Part shown: piece after piece, positions 39,622-48,570 of the stretch
Layout: the number at the start of each line of letters is the position of its first letter
Position numbering within the stretch: position 1 is the first letter of the stretch
Source of the DNA: an uncultured Chloroflexota bacterium
GTDB taxonomy: Bacteria; Chloroflexota; Limnocylindria; Limnocylindrales; CSP1-4
Assembly (NCBI GenBank): GCA_903822495.1
Contig: CAIJPD010000022.1
Coordinates: forward strand, 10,069 to 74,068
Reading direction: 5' to 3'
Length of the DNA: 64,000 nucleotides
Made by a program: the position numbers and the translations under genes
The notes under the pieces: generated by a model
The model's database searches: none
Told to the model about the DNA's origin: nothing
The model's input: only the letters and a program-made list of their open reading frames with translations

Positions 39622-41312
39622 CAGTCCAGCGTCACGGTCTCGTGCCACTGCGGGATGTACGTCTCGAAGCCCAGCGCTCGGACCTTGGGCTCGATGGCGA
39701 TCTGGGCCTCGGGGTCGCCGTGGACCAGGAAGACCCGCCGGGGGAACCCGTCCGTGCCGGGCGTGCGGCCACGCGCGAAGCTGGAGAGCCAATCCAGGAG
39801 TTGCGGCTCGTCAGCGTGGGCGGAGAAGCCGCTGATGGAGCGGATCGTGCAGCGGACATCCACCTCGCGGCCATCGAGCCGAACCCGCGTGGCACCGGCC
39901 TGGAGGTGGGCGCCCAGCGTCCCCTTCCCCTGGTAGCCGACGAACAGGATGGTGGCACCCGGATCGTCGATGAGGTTGCGCAGGTGGGCGACCACGCGGC
40001 CGCCGGTCAGCATGCCGTTCGAGGCGATGATCATGTAGGGCCGCTTGGCTTGGGCGATCGCCTCGGACTGGCGGACGTCGTTGGTCACGACCTGGCGCGG
40101 GTAGTCCAGCGGCGTGCCGCCGGCCTGGGCGATGCCCCGGGTCTCCGCGTCGTAATACTCCTGGTGGCGGCGATAGACCTCGGTCGCCTTGGAGGCCATA
40201 GGCGAATCCAGGTAGAGCGGCAGCATCGGGATCTTGCCTGCCTCCACCAGCCGGTCCAGCTCCCAGACCACGTCCTGGGTGCGCCCGATCGCGAAGCTGG
40301 GGACCAGGAGCACGCCGCCCGCGTCCGCGACCATCCGGACGGTCTCGGCCAGGACCCTGACCGCCTCGTCCTGCGGCTCGTGCTCGCGACCGCCATAGGT
40401 GGATTCGATCAGGACGTAGTCCGCGCCGACCTGGTGCGTCGGGTCCCTGAGGATGGGGGCCCCTGGCCGGCCCAGGTCGCCGGAGAAGACGATGATCCGC
40501 GCGGGTCCGCCCTGATCGTCCTGGACGCGCACGCGGATGATCGCGGAGCCCAGGATGTGGCCGGCGTCGAAGAGGGTCGCCCAGACGCCTGGGGCCACTT
40601 CGCGCTCGCGCTCGTACTCGAGCGTCTTGAAGCGGGACAGCACCGCGGCGGCGTCCTTCTCGGTGTAGAGGGGCGCGTCGAGGTCGCGAAGCTGGGCCGG
40701 TCGGTCACCGGACTCCAGCACGGAGAGCCCCTGGCGCGGGTGGCCGGGGCCGACGGGCTCGATGCTGGACTGGACGTGCTCGTGGGTCGCGATGGAGCCG
40801 GTCTCCGGGAGCGGAACGGTCATGGTGTTGCCGTTCTCCGCCGCGGAGCCGGGGTGGTCGTGGCCGTTGCGCCGCTCGCCCTCGCGGGCCAGCTCCAGGG
40901 CCGCCGCGTACTGGGCATGCTCGCGGCGATCATCGGCCTGGACCTTGTCGGGGTTGCGACGCTCCCAGCGGGCCTCGCGCTTGGCAAATTCCTCGTGGAG
41001 GCGGCCGCTGTCCAGGAGGACGAGGGCCGCCAGCTCGGCGGTGCCGGCCGTGGCGTGGATGTGGCCGCGGTATCCCTCGCGGACCAGCACCGGCAGGAGG
41101 CCGCAGTGATCCAGGTGGGCGTGAGTGATCAGCACGGCGTCCAGGGCGGCGGGGTCGTAGTCGAACGGGATCCGGTTCCGGACGGATTCGTCCGGCGTGC
41201 CCTGGAACATGCCGCAATCGATGAGGACGCGGGCCCGCTTGGTGACCAGGAGGTACTGGGAGCCGGTGACGGTCTTGGCGCCACCAAGGAAGTGGAGGTC
41301 CATGTGCGGCAT
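39621..41312 (-). CDS. MBL-fold beta-CASP hydrolase (CPSF/TTHA0252-like RNA-metabolising nuclease) with a ~110-120-aa insertion
   Basis: It carries LITHAHLDHCG, DAGHILGSA, ESTYG and GFSAHAD motifs. An insert lies between the first two blocks. Confidence 0.8.
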   Translation of the reverse strand: MPHMDLHFLGGAKTVTGSQYLLVTKRARVLIDCGMFQGTPDESVRNRIPFDYDPAALDAVLITHAHLDHCGLLPVLVREGYRGHIHATAGTAELAALVLLDSGRLHEEFAKREARWERRNPDKVQADDRREHAQYAAALELAREGERRNGHDHPGSAAENGNTMTVPLPETGSIATHEHVQSSIEPVGPGHPRQGLSVLESGDRPAQLRDLDAPLYTEKDAAAVLSRFKTLEYEREREVAPGVWATLFDAGHILGSAIIRVRVQDDQGGPARIIVFSGDLGRPGAPILRDPTHQVGADYVLIESTYGGREHEPQDEAVRVLAETVRMVADAGGVLLVPSFAIGRTQDVVWELDRLVEAGKIPMLPLYLDSPMASKATEVYRRHQEYYDAETRGIAQAGGTPLDYPRQVVTNDVRQSEAIAQAKRPYMIIASNGMLTGGRVVAHLRNLIDDPGATILFVGYQGKGTLGAHLQAGATRVRLDGREVDVRCTIRSISGFSAHADEPQLLDWLSSFARGRTPGTDGFPRRVFLVHGDPEAQIAIEPKVRALGFETYIPQWHETVTLD

Positions 41313-41373
41313 GGTGACATCTTCCGATACCCCTGTCCCCGGGCGCAGGCTGTGGTGCTGATAGGCTGATGCA

Positions 41374-42645
41374 ATGCGTACCCTGCTCCTCACCAATGAG
41401 TACCCGCCCAACGTCTACGGTGGCGCAGGCGTCCACGTCGACCACCTCAGCCGCGAGCTGGCCCGCCTCATCGACGTCGAGGTGCGCGCCTTCGGCAAGC
41501 AGGACGTGACTGATGGTCGCCTCCGCGTCCGAGGGTTCGCGCCGGAGCACGACCTGTCCGACACCCCGCCCCAGCTGACGCCCGTGCTCTCGGCCTTCTC
41601 CCGGGACCTGGCGTTCGTCGCGGCCCCAACGGACGCCGACGTCGTTCACTGCCACACCTGGTACACGCACCTGGGCGGGATCGTGGCCAAGCTGGCGTGG
41701 GGCATTCCGCTGGTGGTCACCGTCCACTCCCTGGAACCCCTCCGGCCGTGGAAGCGGGAGCAGCTGGCCGGCGGCTACGACGCCACGGTCTGGGTGGAGC
41801 GCACGGCCCTCCAGATGGCCGACGCCGTGATCGCGGTCTCGGAGGGGACGAAGACGGACATCCTCGCCCACTTCGCGGTTGACCCGGCGCGCATCCACGT
41901 GATTCACAACGGCGTTGATCCCGACCAGTTCCAGCCCCGCCCGACCGGCGGCGTGTCCGAGGCCGGGCTGGGCGTCCTCCGCCGGTTCGGCATTGACCCC
42001 GACATCCCGTACGTCCTGTTCGTGGGCCGGGTCACGCGTCAGAAGGGGATCATCCACCTGGTCCGCGCGATCCGGCACCTCGACCCCGGCTTCCAGGTGG
42101 TCCTGGCGGCAGGAGCGCCGGATACCGAGGCGATCGGGGCGGAGATGGCGGCCGCGGTGCGGGTGGCACAAGCGGGCGATGTCGCCGCGGGCATCCCGGG
42201 CCGGCCCGGCATCCACTGGATCACCGAGATGGTCGACGTGCCCACGCTCCGCGAGTTGTACGCCAACGCCGCGGTCTTCTGCTGCCCGTCGGTCTACGAG
42301 CCGTTCGGGATCATCAACCTCGAGGCGATGGCCGCCGGCGTGCCGGTGGTTGCCAGCGCGGTGGGCGGGATTCCGGAAGTCGTCGTCCACGGCCAGACGG
42401 GCCTGCTGGTCCCCTTCGAGGCGGCGGCGCCCCCGGTGGCCGGCGGGCCCTCGTTCGACCCGAAGGACCCGGATGGCTTCGAGCACGGACTGGCCGGCGC
42501 GATCAACGCGCTCATGGCGGATGCCGGCCGGCGAGCGGCGATGGGTGCGGCCGGACGGCGTCGCGCCGTGGAGCACTTCAGCTGGTCGTCCATCGCGGCG
42601 AAGACGGTGAACCTCTACCGGACCCTGCTCGAGCCGCAGGAATAG
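41374..42645 (+). CDS. glgM: GT4 'Corynebacterium-type glycogen synthase', i.e. alpha-maltose-1-phosphate synthase GlgM-like
   Basis: It is close to the mycobacterial GlgM pattern: EYPPNVYGGAGVHV, HCHTWYT, TVHSLEPLRPWKREQLAGGY, AVIAVS. Confidence 0.8.
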   Translation: MRTLLLTNEYPPNVYGGAGVHVDHLSRELARLIDVEVRAFGKQDVTDGRLRVRGFAPEHDLSDTPPQLTPVLSAFSRDLAFVAAPTDADVVHCHTWYTHLGGIVAKLAWGIPLVVTVHSLEPLRPWKREQLAGGYDATVWVERTALQMADAVIAVSEGTKTDILAHFAVDPARIHVIHNGVDPDQFQPRPTGGVSEAGLGVLRRFGIDPDIPYVLFVGRVTRQKGIIHLVRAIRHLDPGFQVVLAAGAPDTEAIGAEMAAAVRVAQAGDVAAGIPGRPGIHWITEMVDVPTLRELYANAAVFCCPSVYEPFGIINLEAMAAGVPVVASAVGGIPEVVVHGQTGLLVPFEAAAPPVAGGPSFDPKDPDGFEHGLAGAINALMADAGRRAAMGAAGRRRAVEHFSWSSIAAKTVNLYRTLLEPQE

Positions 42646-42687
42646 CCCCCGGGGCGCCCGAGCGGGTGCGCGCTCCGGCCGAGCCCC

Positions 42688-42978
42688 CGTCGACGCCCTT
42701 CCCGCCCCACGGGACAGAACGACAGGCTCCGCGTGATTCTGGCCCGCGAGGCGCCCCGAACGCCGCTTCGGGGGCCAACTGCGTCGTTCCTTCCCGCCCC
42801 ACGGGAGCCCTCGACGAATCCACGGCCTGGACGAGCGCCTTGACGCCCGCAGAGCCCGCAGAGCACGCATCAAGCCAAACCACGTCGTTCTCGCCCGCCC
42901 CACGGGAAGCCGCCGCCGATTGGCAGCGTGCCGACCGCGCCGGCGTCGTTGCCGCGATGGCCGGCCCAGGCCGTGGGG
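42688..42978. repeat. Interspersed hairpin repeat CGTCG(A/T)..CCCGCCCCACGGGA x3 (plus one partial inverted copy)
   Basis: Cores lie at 42701-42714, 42793-42806 and 42894-42907, with spacings of 92 and 101 bp. A CGTCGTT..CCGTGGGG fragment lies at 42944-42978. There is no credible ORF in the 356-bp gap. Confidence 0.75.
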
Positions 42979-43001
42979 CCAGCGGCCCGGGCGCCGGCGC
43001 G

Positions 43002-44945
43002 CTAGCGGACGAGCGGGATGACCACCAGGGCGTCGACCGCGACCGCCGCGAAGAGCAGCGTCAGGTAGCTGATCGAGTACCTGTACAGCTTGATGGCGCC
43101 CGCCGTGGATCGCTCCTCCGATGAGCCAACCTGCCAGAGGCGCCACGCCTGGAGCAGGAAGATCCCGCCCAGGACGACCGCCGCGGCCGTGTAGATCAGG
43201 CCCATCCGGCCCACCGCCGTGAAGGCCAGCGAGACCGCGACCAGGAGCACCGTGTACAACACGATCTGGCGCGTCGTCTCGGGGACCCCCTTGACCACGG
43301 GGAGCATGGGGACCCCGGCCGCCGCGTAGTCCTTGCGGATGCGGAGCGCCAGCGCCCAGAAGTGCGGCGGCGTCCAATAGAAGACGAGCAGGAAGAGGAA
43401 GAGCGCCGGCAGGCCGACGTTGCCCGTGACCGCCGCCCAGCCGATCACCGGCGGCAGCGCACCGGCCGCCCCGCCGATCACGATGTTCTGGGGCGTGGTC
43501 CGCTTGAGCAGCATGGTGTAGACGAAGACGTAGAACCCGATGGCGAGGAGCGTCAGGAACGCCGCCAGCAGGTTCACGAAGTACGCCATCAGGGCGAACG
43601 AGATGATCCCCAGCGCGATCCCGAAGACCACCGCGCGGTTGGGATCGACGACCTCCTCCGCCAGCGGGCGCCGACGCGTCCGGACCATCAGCTTGTCGAT
43701 GTCGCGGTCCAGGTAGCAGTTGATCGCGTTGGCGGAACCGGCGGCCAGCGACCCGCCCACCAGCGTCCAGACCGTCAGCCACACCCAGTCGCCCACCTGG
43801 ATCCCGGGTAGGTCCCGCGTCGCCAGCACCATGGCCGGGACGGTGGTGACCAGCAGCAGCTCGATGATGCGTGGCTTGGTCAGCGCGACGTACGCCTGGA
43901 TCGACTGGCGGCGCGTCCGGGCGGCCGGGGCATCCCCGCCGTCGCCCGGTCCACCGGCCGCGGAGCCGGACCCGGTCTCGGCGCCGGACCCGATTGCAGG
44001 CCGGGAACCGGCACCCGCGCCCCAGCCCTGCGACTCGGCGCCACGCGCAAGGAAGTAGCTGGTCACGGCCAGGCCGACGAAGACCGCCCAGGTCGCGGCA
44101 CCGAACGCCACGTGGAGCGTCTGCGTCCAGCCGGCCAGCCGCGTCAGGACCTGTGCGCCGCCGATCACCACCTGGACCAGGAAGAGCACCGTGCCCAGGA
44201 GCGCGAGGCGCGTCAGCACGGGGCGATCCGGGTGGACGCGGCGGGCGGCCCACCAGGTGACGATGACCAGGGCAGCGACCACCGCTGCGACCCAGCGATG
44301 GAGGACCTGCGCCACGTTCCCGCCGACCAGGCCGGGGAAGAGCCCGCCGTCCATCAGCGGCCAGTCCGCGAACCAGAGGCCGGTGCCGGTGGCCGTCACG
44401 TTGGCACCGAACAGGAGGAGCGCGAAGGTTGCCGTCGCGCTGAAGACGGCGAGGAGCGTGAAGCGCTGGTTGCCGCCCAGACCGGTGATGCGGGCCGGGT
44501 AGCGCGACCGGACCAGCACGAAGACCAGGAGGCCCAGGAGCGCCATCGCGGAGGCGAGATGCGCGAGGACAGACTCGCCGGAGTTGCCCAGGCGGACCGT
44601 CTCCCGGCCCAGCCAGGCCTGGTAGCCCGTCAGCAGCACCGCCGCCACCGAGGGGACCACCAGCGACCGGCGGTCGCGATGATCCAGCCAGGCGAGCACC
44701 GCGAGGCCCACGATGAAGCCGCCGATCAGGGCCGCGACGGTGCGATGGATCCACTCCGCCCAGACGCCGAAGCCCTGGTCCAGCCGCGGCAGCGCCTGGC
44801 CCTCGAAGCAGCCCGGCCAGGTGGGACAGGCCATCCCCGAATTGGTGGCCCGGACCACGACCCCGATGGTGACCAGCACGAGGGTGGTCAGCACGGTCAA
44901 CGCGGCGAGGCGCTGGAAACGGGTCAACGGATCTCCTGGAGGCAC
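43002..44945 (-). CDS. ctaA-ctaB: Fused heme A synthase (CtaA/COX15) and protoheme IX farnesyltransferase (CtaB/CyoE)
   Basis: The N-terminal half carries CPTWPGC and conserved His in TM helices. The C-terminal half is UbiA-type (NCYLDRDID, YWTPPHFWALA). It is one uninterrupted frame. The GTG start at 44945 is inferred. Confidence 0.8.
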   Translation of the reverse strand: MPPGDPLTRFQRLAALTVLTTLVLVTIGVVVRATNSGMACPTWPGCFEGQALPRLDQGFGVWAEWIHRTVAALIGGFIVGLAVLAWLDHRDRRSLVVPSVAAVLLTGYQAWLGRETVRLGNSGESVLAHLASAMALLGLLVFVLVRSRYPARITGLGGNQRFTLLAVFSATATFALLLFGANVTATGTGLWFADWPLMDGGLFPGLVGGNVAQVLHRWVAAVVAALVIVTWWAARRVHPDRPVLTRLALLGTVLFLVQVVIGGAQVLTRLAGWTQTLHVAFGAATWAVFVGLAVTSYFLARGAESQGWGAGAGSRPAIGSGAETGSGSAAGGPGDGGDAPAARTRRQSIQAYVALTKPRIIELLLVTTVPAMVLATRDLPGIQVGDWVWLTVWTLVGGSLAAGSANAINCYLDRDIDKLMVRTRRRPLAEEVVDPNRAVVFGIALGIISFALMAYFVNLLAAFLTLLAIGFYVFVYTMLLKRTTPQNIVIGGAAGALPPVIGWAAVTGNVGLPALFLFLLVFYWTPPHFWALALRIRKDYAAAGVPMLPVVKGVPETTRQIVLYTVLLVAVSLAFTAVGRMGLIYTAAAVVLGGIFLLQAWRLWQVGSSEERSTAGAIKLYRYSISYLTLLFAAVAVDALVVIPLVR

Positions 44946-45130
44946 GCGGCAGCGCGGCGTGAAGGGCGATGGGACGGCCGGGCGCCATTCTACCGCGATG
45001 CGGAATCGCGGCCCGCCGGGCGACCTGCCGTACGGGGCGCGGGCACGGGCGCAGCGCGGGGCAGGGCCGCCCGGCCTGGGGCCTGGCCGCTGACCAGCGG
45101 TCGCGGGCCGCGTTGGACTACGCTGCGCCC

Positions 45131-46099
45131 ATGCAAGCTCGATTCGCCGCCGTCCTGCTCTCCCTGGCCCTGGCGACCGCCGCGTGCAGCGGCGCCTCCT
45201 CCTCGCCCGCGCCCAGTGGCTTCCCCGGCGCCTCCGGATCCACCGCCTGCGCCAAGGCACCGGCCGTGACCACGCAGCCCCAGGGCTGGGGCGTGCCCAG
45301 CACCCAGCCCGCCGTCATCCCTGTCCTGATCAACCCCGCGGGCGAGCTGACCTGCGGCGCCAACCGCCTGCTGTTCAGCTTCCTCGATACCAGGAACACG
45401 CCCATCGGCTCACCGGACCGCAAGGCCAGCGTGGCGCTGTACAACCTGGCCCGCGACCCGGCCAAGCCCGTCCTGAGCGTGGACGGCACCTTCGTGTGGG
45501 CGATCGCGGGGAGCGTCGGCATCTACGTCGCCACGGCATCCTTTCCCGAGGCGGGAACGTGGGGTGCCGAGTTCAGCACGACGCTGGCCGGCAAGACCGA
45601 GACGGTGAGGCTCTCGTTCGACGTGAGCGCCTCCACTGGCGTCGTGCGGGCCGGCCAGAAGGCGCCGGCGTCCAGGACGCTGACGGGCGACCCCGTGAAG
45701 ATCTCGACGGATTCCAAGCCAGATGTCCGGCTCTACAAGACCTCGATCGACCAGGCCATCGCGCGGAAGGAACCCTTCCTCGTCGCGTTCGCCACCCCCA
45801 AGTTCTGCACCAGCGGCCAGTGCGGCCCCACCCTGGAACGGGTCAAGCCGTACATCGACACGTACCCCACCGTGACGTTCATCAACGTCGAGCCGTACGA
45901 GCTCAAGGCAGACGGCGGCGGCCAGTTGCAGCCGGTCCTCACCGGCGGCCAGCTCACGCCCACCAAGGCGACCACCGAGTGGGGCCTGCTGTCCGAGCCC
46001 TGGATCTTCGTGGTCAACAAGGACGGCATCGTCACCGCCTCGCTGGCGCTCATCTTCGGTGACGCGGAGCTGACGGCGGCGCTCGACGCGGTCAAGTAG
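45131..46099 (+). CDS. Lipoprotein with a thioredoxin-like C-terminal domain (atypical CTSGQC motif)
   Basis: It has the lipobox LALATAAC. The block FLVAFATPKFCTSGQCGP and the ending WIFVVNKDG resemble TlpA/AhpC-like folds. Confidence 0.6.
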   Translation: MQARFAAVLLSLALATAACSGASSSPAPSGFPGASGSTACAKAPAVTTQPQGWGVPSTQPAVIPVLINPAGELTCGANRLLFSFLDTRNTPIGSPDRKASVALYNLARDPAKPVLSVDGTFVWAIAGSVGIYVATASFPEAGTWGAEFSTTLAGKTETVRLSFDVSASTGVVRAGQKAPASRTLTGDPVKISTDSKPDVRLYKTSIDQAIARKEPFLVAFATPKFCTSGQCGPTLERVKPYIDTYPTVTFINVEPYELKADGGGQLQPVLTGGQLTPTKATTEWGLLSEPWIFVVNKDGIVTASLALIFGDAELTAALDAVK

Positions 46100-46168
46100 C
46101 CCGGGCACCATCGAAGCCGGGCTTGACGAAGCCCGAGCCAGCACCCGAAGGCGACGGGGCATCGGGCC

Positions 46169-46531
46169 TCAGCGGGCGGGCGCGTCCTCGATCCAGAGCG
46201 CGTCCAGCGTCCCGGTCCCAGCGTCCGCGTACGAGACGCGGATCCGCGACGATGTGGCCTGGTGCTCGGCCAGGTGCCCGGGCGGGAAGACCGTGCCGTT
46301 GCGCAGCCCGGCCAACGTGAAGAGGAGCGTCCGTCCATCGTCGGAGCGGAGCGTGAAGCCGCTCACCGACGCCAGGCCCGTGGAATCAACCTTGAGCACC
46401 ACCCCGTCCACCGTCGGGGCATCCGGTCGGCCCGGGCTGCTGCCGCCACCGCCCAGGACCGTCAACACCACGCCCAAGGCGATCAGCACCGCCAGCGCGC
46501 CGATGAAGACCCGGCGGGTGGTTCGATCCAA
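46169..46531 (-). CDS. Small membrane-anchored hypothetical protein
   Basis: It has one N-terminal TM segment and reasonable codon usage. I recognise no motif. Confidence 0.45.
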   Translation of the reverse strand: MDRTTRRVFIGALAVLIALGVVLTVLGGGGSSPGRPDAPTVDGVVLKVDSTGLASVSGFTLRSDDGRTLLFTLAGLRNGTVFPPGHLAEHQATSSRIRVSYADAGTGTLDALWIEDAPAR

Positions 46532-46546
46532 GACTCCCCCGCCCGA

Positions 46547-47677
46547 CTAGGGCCGGTACTCCGCGCCGCGCGCGGAGGGATTGCCGGGACGGTGGCCCTG
46601 GGCCGTCCCGATCAGCGAGAGATGCGAGGAGAGGCCGCGCGCCTGGCATTCGTCCTCGAGCTCGTCAGCGAGGCGCGCCGGCAGCCCGGGATCGCCGATC
46701 GCGGCCGTCCCCACGGCAACGGCCTGCGCGCCCACCGCGAGGAAGTCCAGGACGTCGCTCAGCGTCGTGACGCCGCCCATCGCCACCACCGGGATCCGCA
46801 CGGATGTGGCGATCTCGTGGACCACGCGCAGCGCGATGGGCCGGAGTGCCGGGCCGGAGAGGCCGCCGTACGCGGCGCCCAGCGCGGGGCGGCTGCGGTC
46901 CGCCGCGAGCACCAGGCCGGGGAGGGTGTTGACCGCGGAGATGGCGTCCGCGCCGGAATCCGCGACGGCGCGGGCCACGGCGCGCGGGTCCGGGGCCGCG
47001 GGGCTCAGCTTCACGAGGAGCGGCAGGGCGGTCGCCCGCCGGACGGCCGTGGTCACCGCCGCGGCCGAGTCCGCCTCCAGCGCGAACAGGGTCCCGCCGC
47101 GGTTGGCGTTTGGGCACGACAGGTTCAGCTCCACGCCGGCGATTCCCAGAACGCCCTCCAGCCGGCGGGCCATCTCGGCGAACTCCCCGACGTTGTCCGC
47201 GGCCAGGTTGAGGATGACGGGGAGCGGCCAGCGCGCCCACTGCTCGGCAAAGCGCTCCAGCACCGCCGCCAGGCCGGGGTTGTGCAGGCCGATCGCGTTG
47301 AGCAGGCCGGCCGGGGTCCGCGCCATCCGCGGCGCCGGGTTGCCGGTCCGGCCGCGGAGCGTGGTCCCGCGAGTGACCAGCGCGCCGATCCGCTCGGGCG
47401 CAAGGTCGTCCTCCGCCTCGATGCCATAGCCCAGCGCACCCGACGCGACGAGGATTGGGTTCCGCAGGAAGAGCCCACTCCCCAGGTCCACGGACAGGTC
47501 CAGCGGGACGGAGGGAACGGGGGCCGCCAAGGCCTCGCCCGAACCGCCCACGCGCGGCCGAGACGCCGGCGATTGCAGGCCCGGCACCGGACGCGCCTTG
47601 CGCGGCGGCGCGGGCCACGCCGGGCCACGGCCCCCCGACCGGTCCAGCGCCGTCACGACTCGCCGGCGTGCCTTCAC
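46547..47677 (-). CDS. pyrD: Dihydroorotate dehydrogenase catalytic subunit (class 1B) with an N-terminal extension
   Basis: The blocks NPILVASG, GLHNPG, ELNLSCPN, VKLSP, NT, GGLSG are present. A GTGA overlap links it to pyrK. Confidence 0.85.
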   Translation of the reverse strand: MKARRRVVTALDRSGGRGPAWPAPPRKARPVPGLQSPASRPRVGGSGEALAAPVPSVPLDLSVDLGSGLFLRNPILVASGALGYGIEAEDDLAPERIGALVTRGTTLRGRTGNPAPRMARTPAGLLNAIGLHNPGLAAVLERFAEQWARWPLPVILNLAADNVGEFAEMARRLEGVLGIAGVELNLSCPNANRGGTLFALEADSAAAVTTAVRRATALPLLVKLSPAAPDPRAVARAVADSGADAISAVNTLPGLVLAADRSRPALGAAYGGLSGPALRPIALRVVHEIATSVRIPVVAMGGVTTLSDVLDFLAVGAQAVAVGTAAIGDPGLPARLADELEDECQARGLSSHLSLIGTAQGHRPGNPSARGAEYRP

Positions 47678-48534
47678 GCGACCGTCTCGAGGCTGAGCTC
47701 CGTCGCCGCGAAGACCGGCCCCTCGCGGCAGGCCCGCAGCAGCCCCGCATGGCCGTCGACCACGCAGCCCAGGCAGGTCGCCGCGGCGCAGGCCACGTCC
47801 AGCTCCACGACCACCTGCAGGAAGGACTTGCGGCGCGCCGACGGCGACCCGGGCGGATCCACCTTGGCCGCCCCTCGCCGGCGGCCCAGCTTGGCCACGC
47901 CCATGCGCGTCAGGCGGCTGGCGGACAGGGCGGCCAGCTTGCCCAGGAGCGCCGGCGAGCCGGCCGCAAATGCCTGGTCGGCCCAGGCCTCGTACTGGGG
48001 CACCAGGTCGGCGACCGAGCCGGGGTGACCCAGGGACCCATCGACGGTCGCGACGACGTACTCGACTTCGTCGGGCAGGAGGGTCGAGGGATACACATCC
48101 CGCGCGCTCTGGGCGCCCAGCAGCACGGTGACCTGCCGGCCCTCGCGGAGCGCCTCGTCGGCCAGGAGGCGGAGTCGCCCGATGGCGGCGCCCTCGGCGA
48201 TCAACAGGATGTGCGTGGTCCGGGGGTCCACCTCGAACGGGCGTCCGAACGGGCCCGCGAGGGGCGCGCGGTCCCCCACCCGGAGCCGGGCTAGCGCGTC
48301 CGCGCGGGCCGGCCCGGCGACGTGAACGCTGATGACCCCGGTCGACGGGTCGACGGTGTTGATCGCGAACGCGCGCCGGACCACCAGCCCCTCGTCGTCG
48401 GCGAGGAGGACCTGCAGGACCTGGCCGGCGCGCGCCGAGACGGCGATCGCCGGCGCATGGAAGGCGTCGATCCGCTGGTCGGGGAGGATGACCCGCCGCT
48501 CGACCAGCTCCGCCGCAACGGGCTCCGCGGACAC
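47674..48534 (-). CDS. pyrK: Dihydroorotate dehydrogenase electron-transfer subunit
   Basis: It has an FNR-like fold plus the C-terminal [2Fe-2S] Cys cluster (C..C.GC....C). It is adjacent to and coupled with pyrD. Confidence 0.8.
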   Translation of the reverse strand: MSAEPVAAELVERRVILPDQRIDAFHAPAIAVSARAGQVLQVLLADDEGLVVRRAFAINTVDPSTGVISVHVAGPARADALARLRVGDRAPLAGPFGRPFEVDPRTTHILLIAEGAAIGRLRLLADEALREGRQVTVLLGAQSARDVYPSTLLPDEVEYVVATVDGSLGHPGSVADLVPQYEAWADQAFAAGSPALLGKLAALSASRLTRMGVAKLGRRRGAAKVDPPGSPSARRKSFLQVVVELDVACAAATCLGCVVDGHAGLLRACREGPVFAATELSLETVA

Positions 48535-48570
48535 GGCGGGATGACCCGCGACGCCCGCTGCCCCGACCGA

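Noticed and set aside
42688-42978. Possible CRISPR array (a short repeat recurring at roughly 90-100 bp intervals).
   Set aside because: There are only three imperfect copies with unequal spacing (92 and 101 bp). The conserved core is about 14-25 bp with variable flanks. There are no cas genes and no leader-like AT-rich region in the window.
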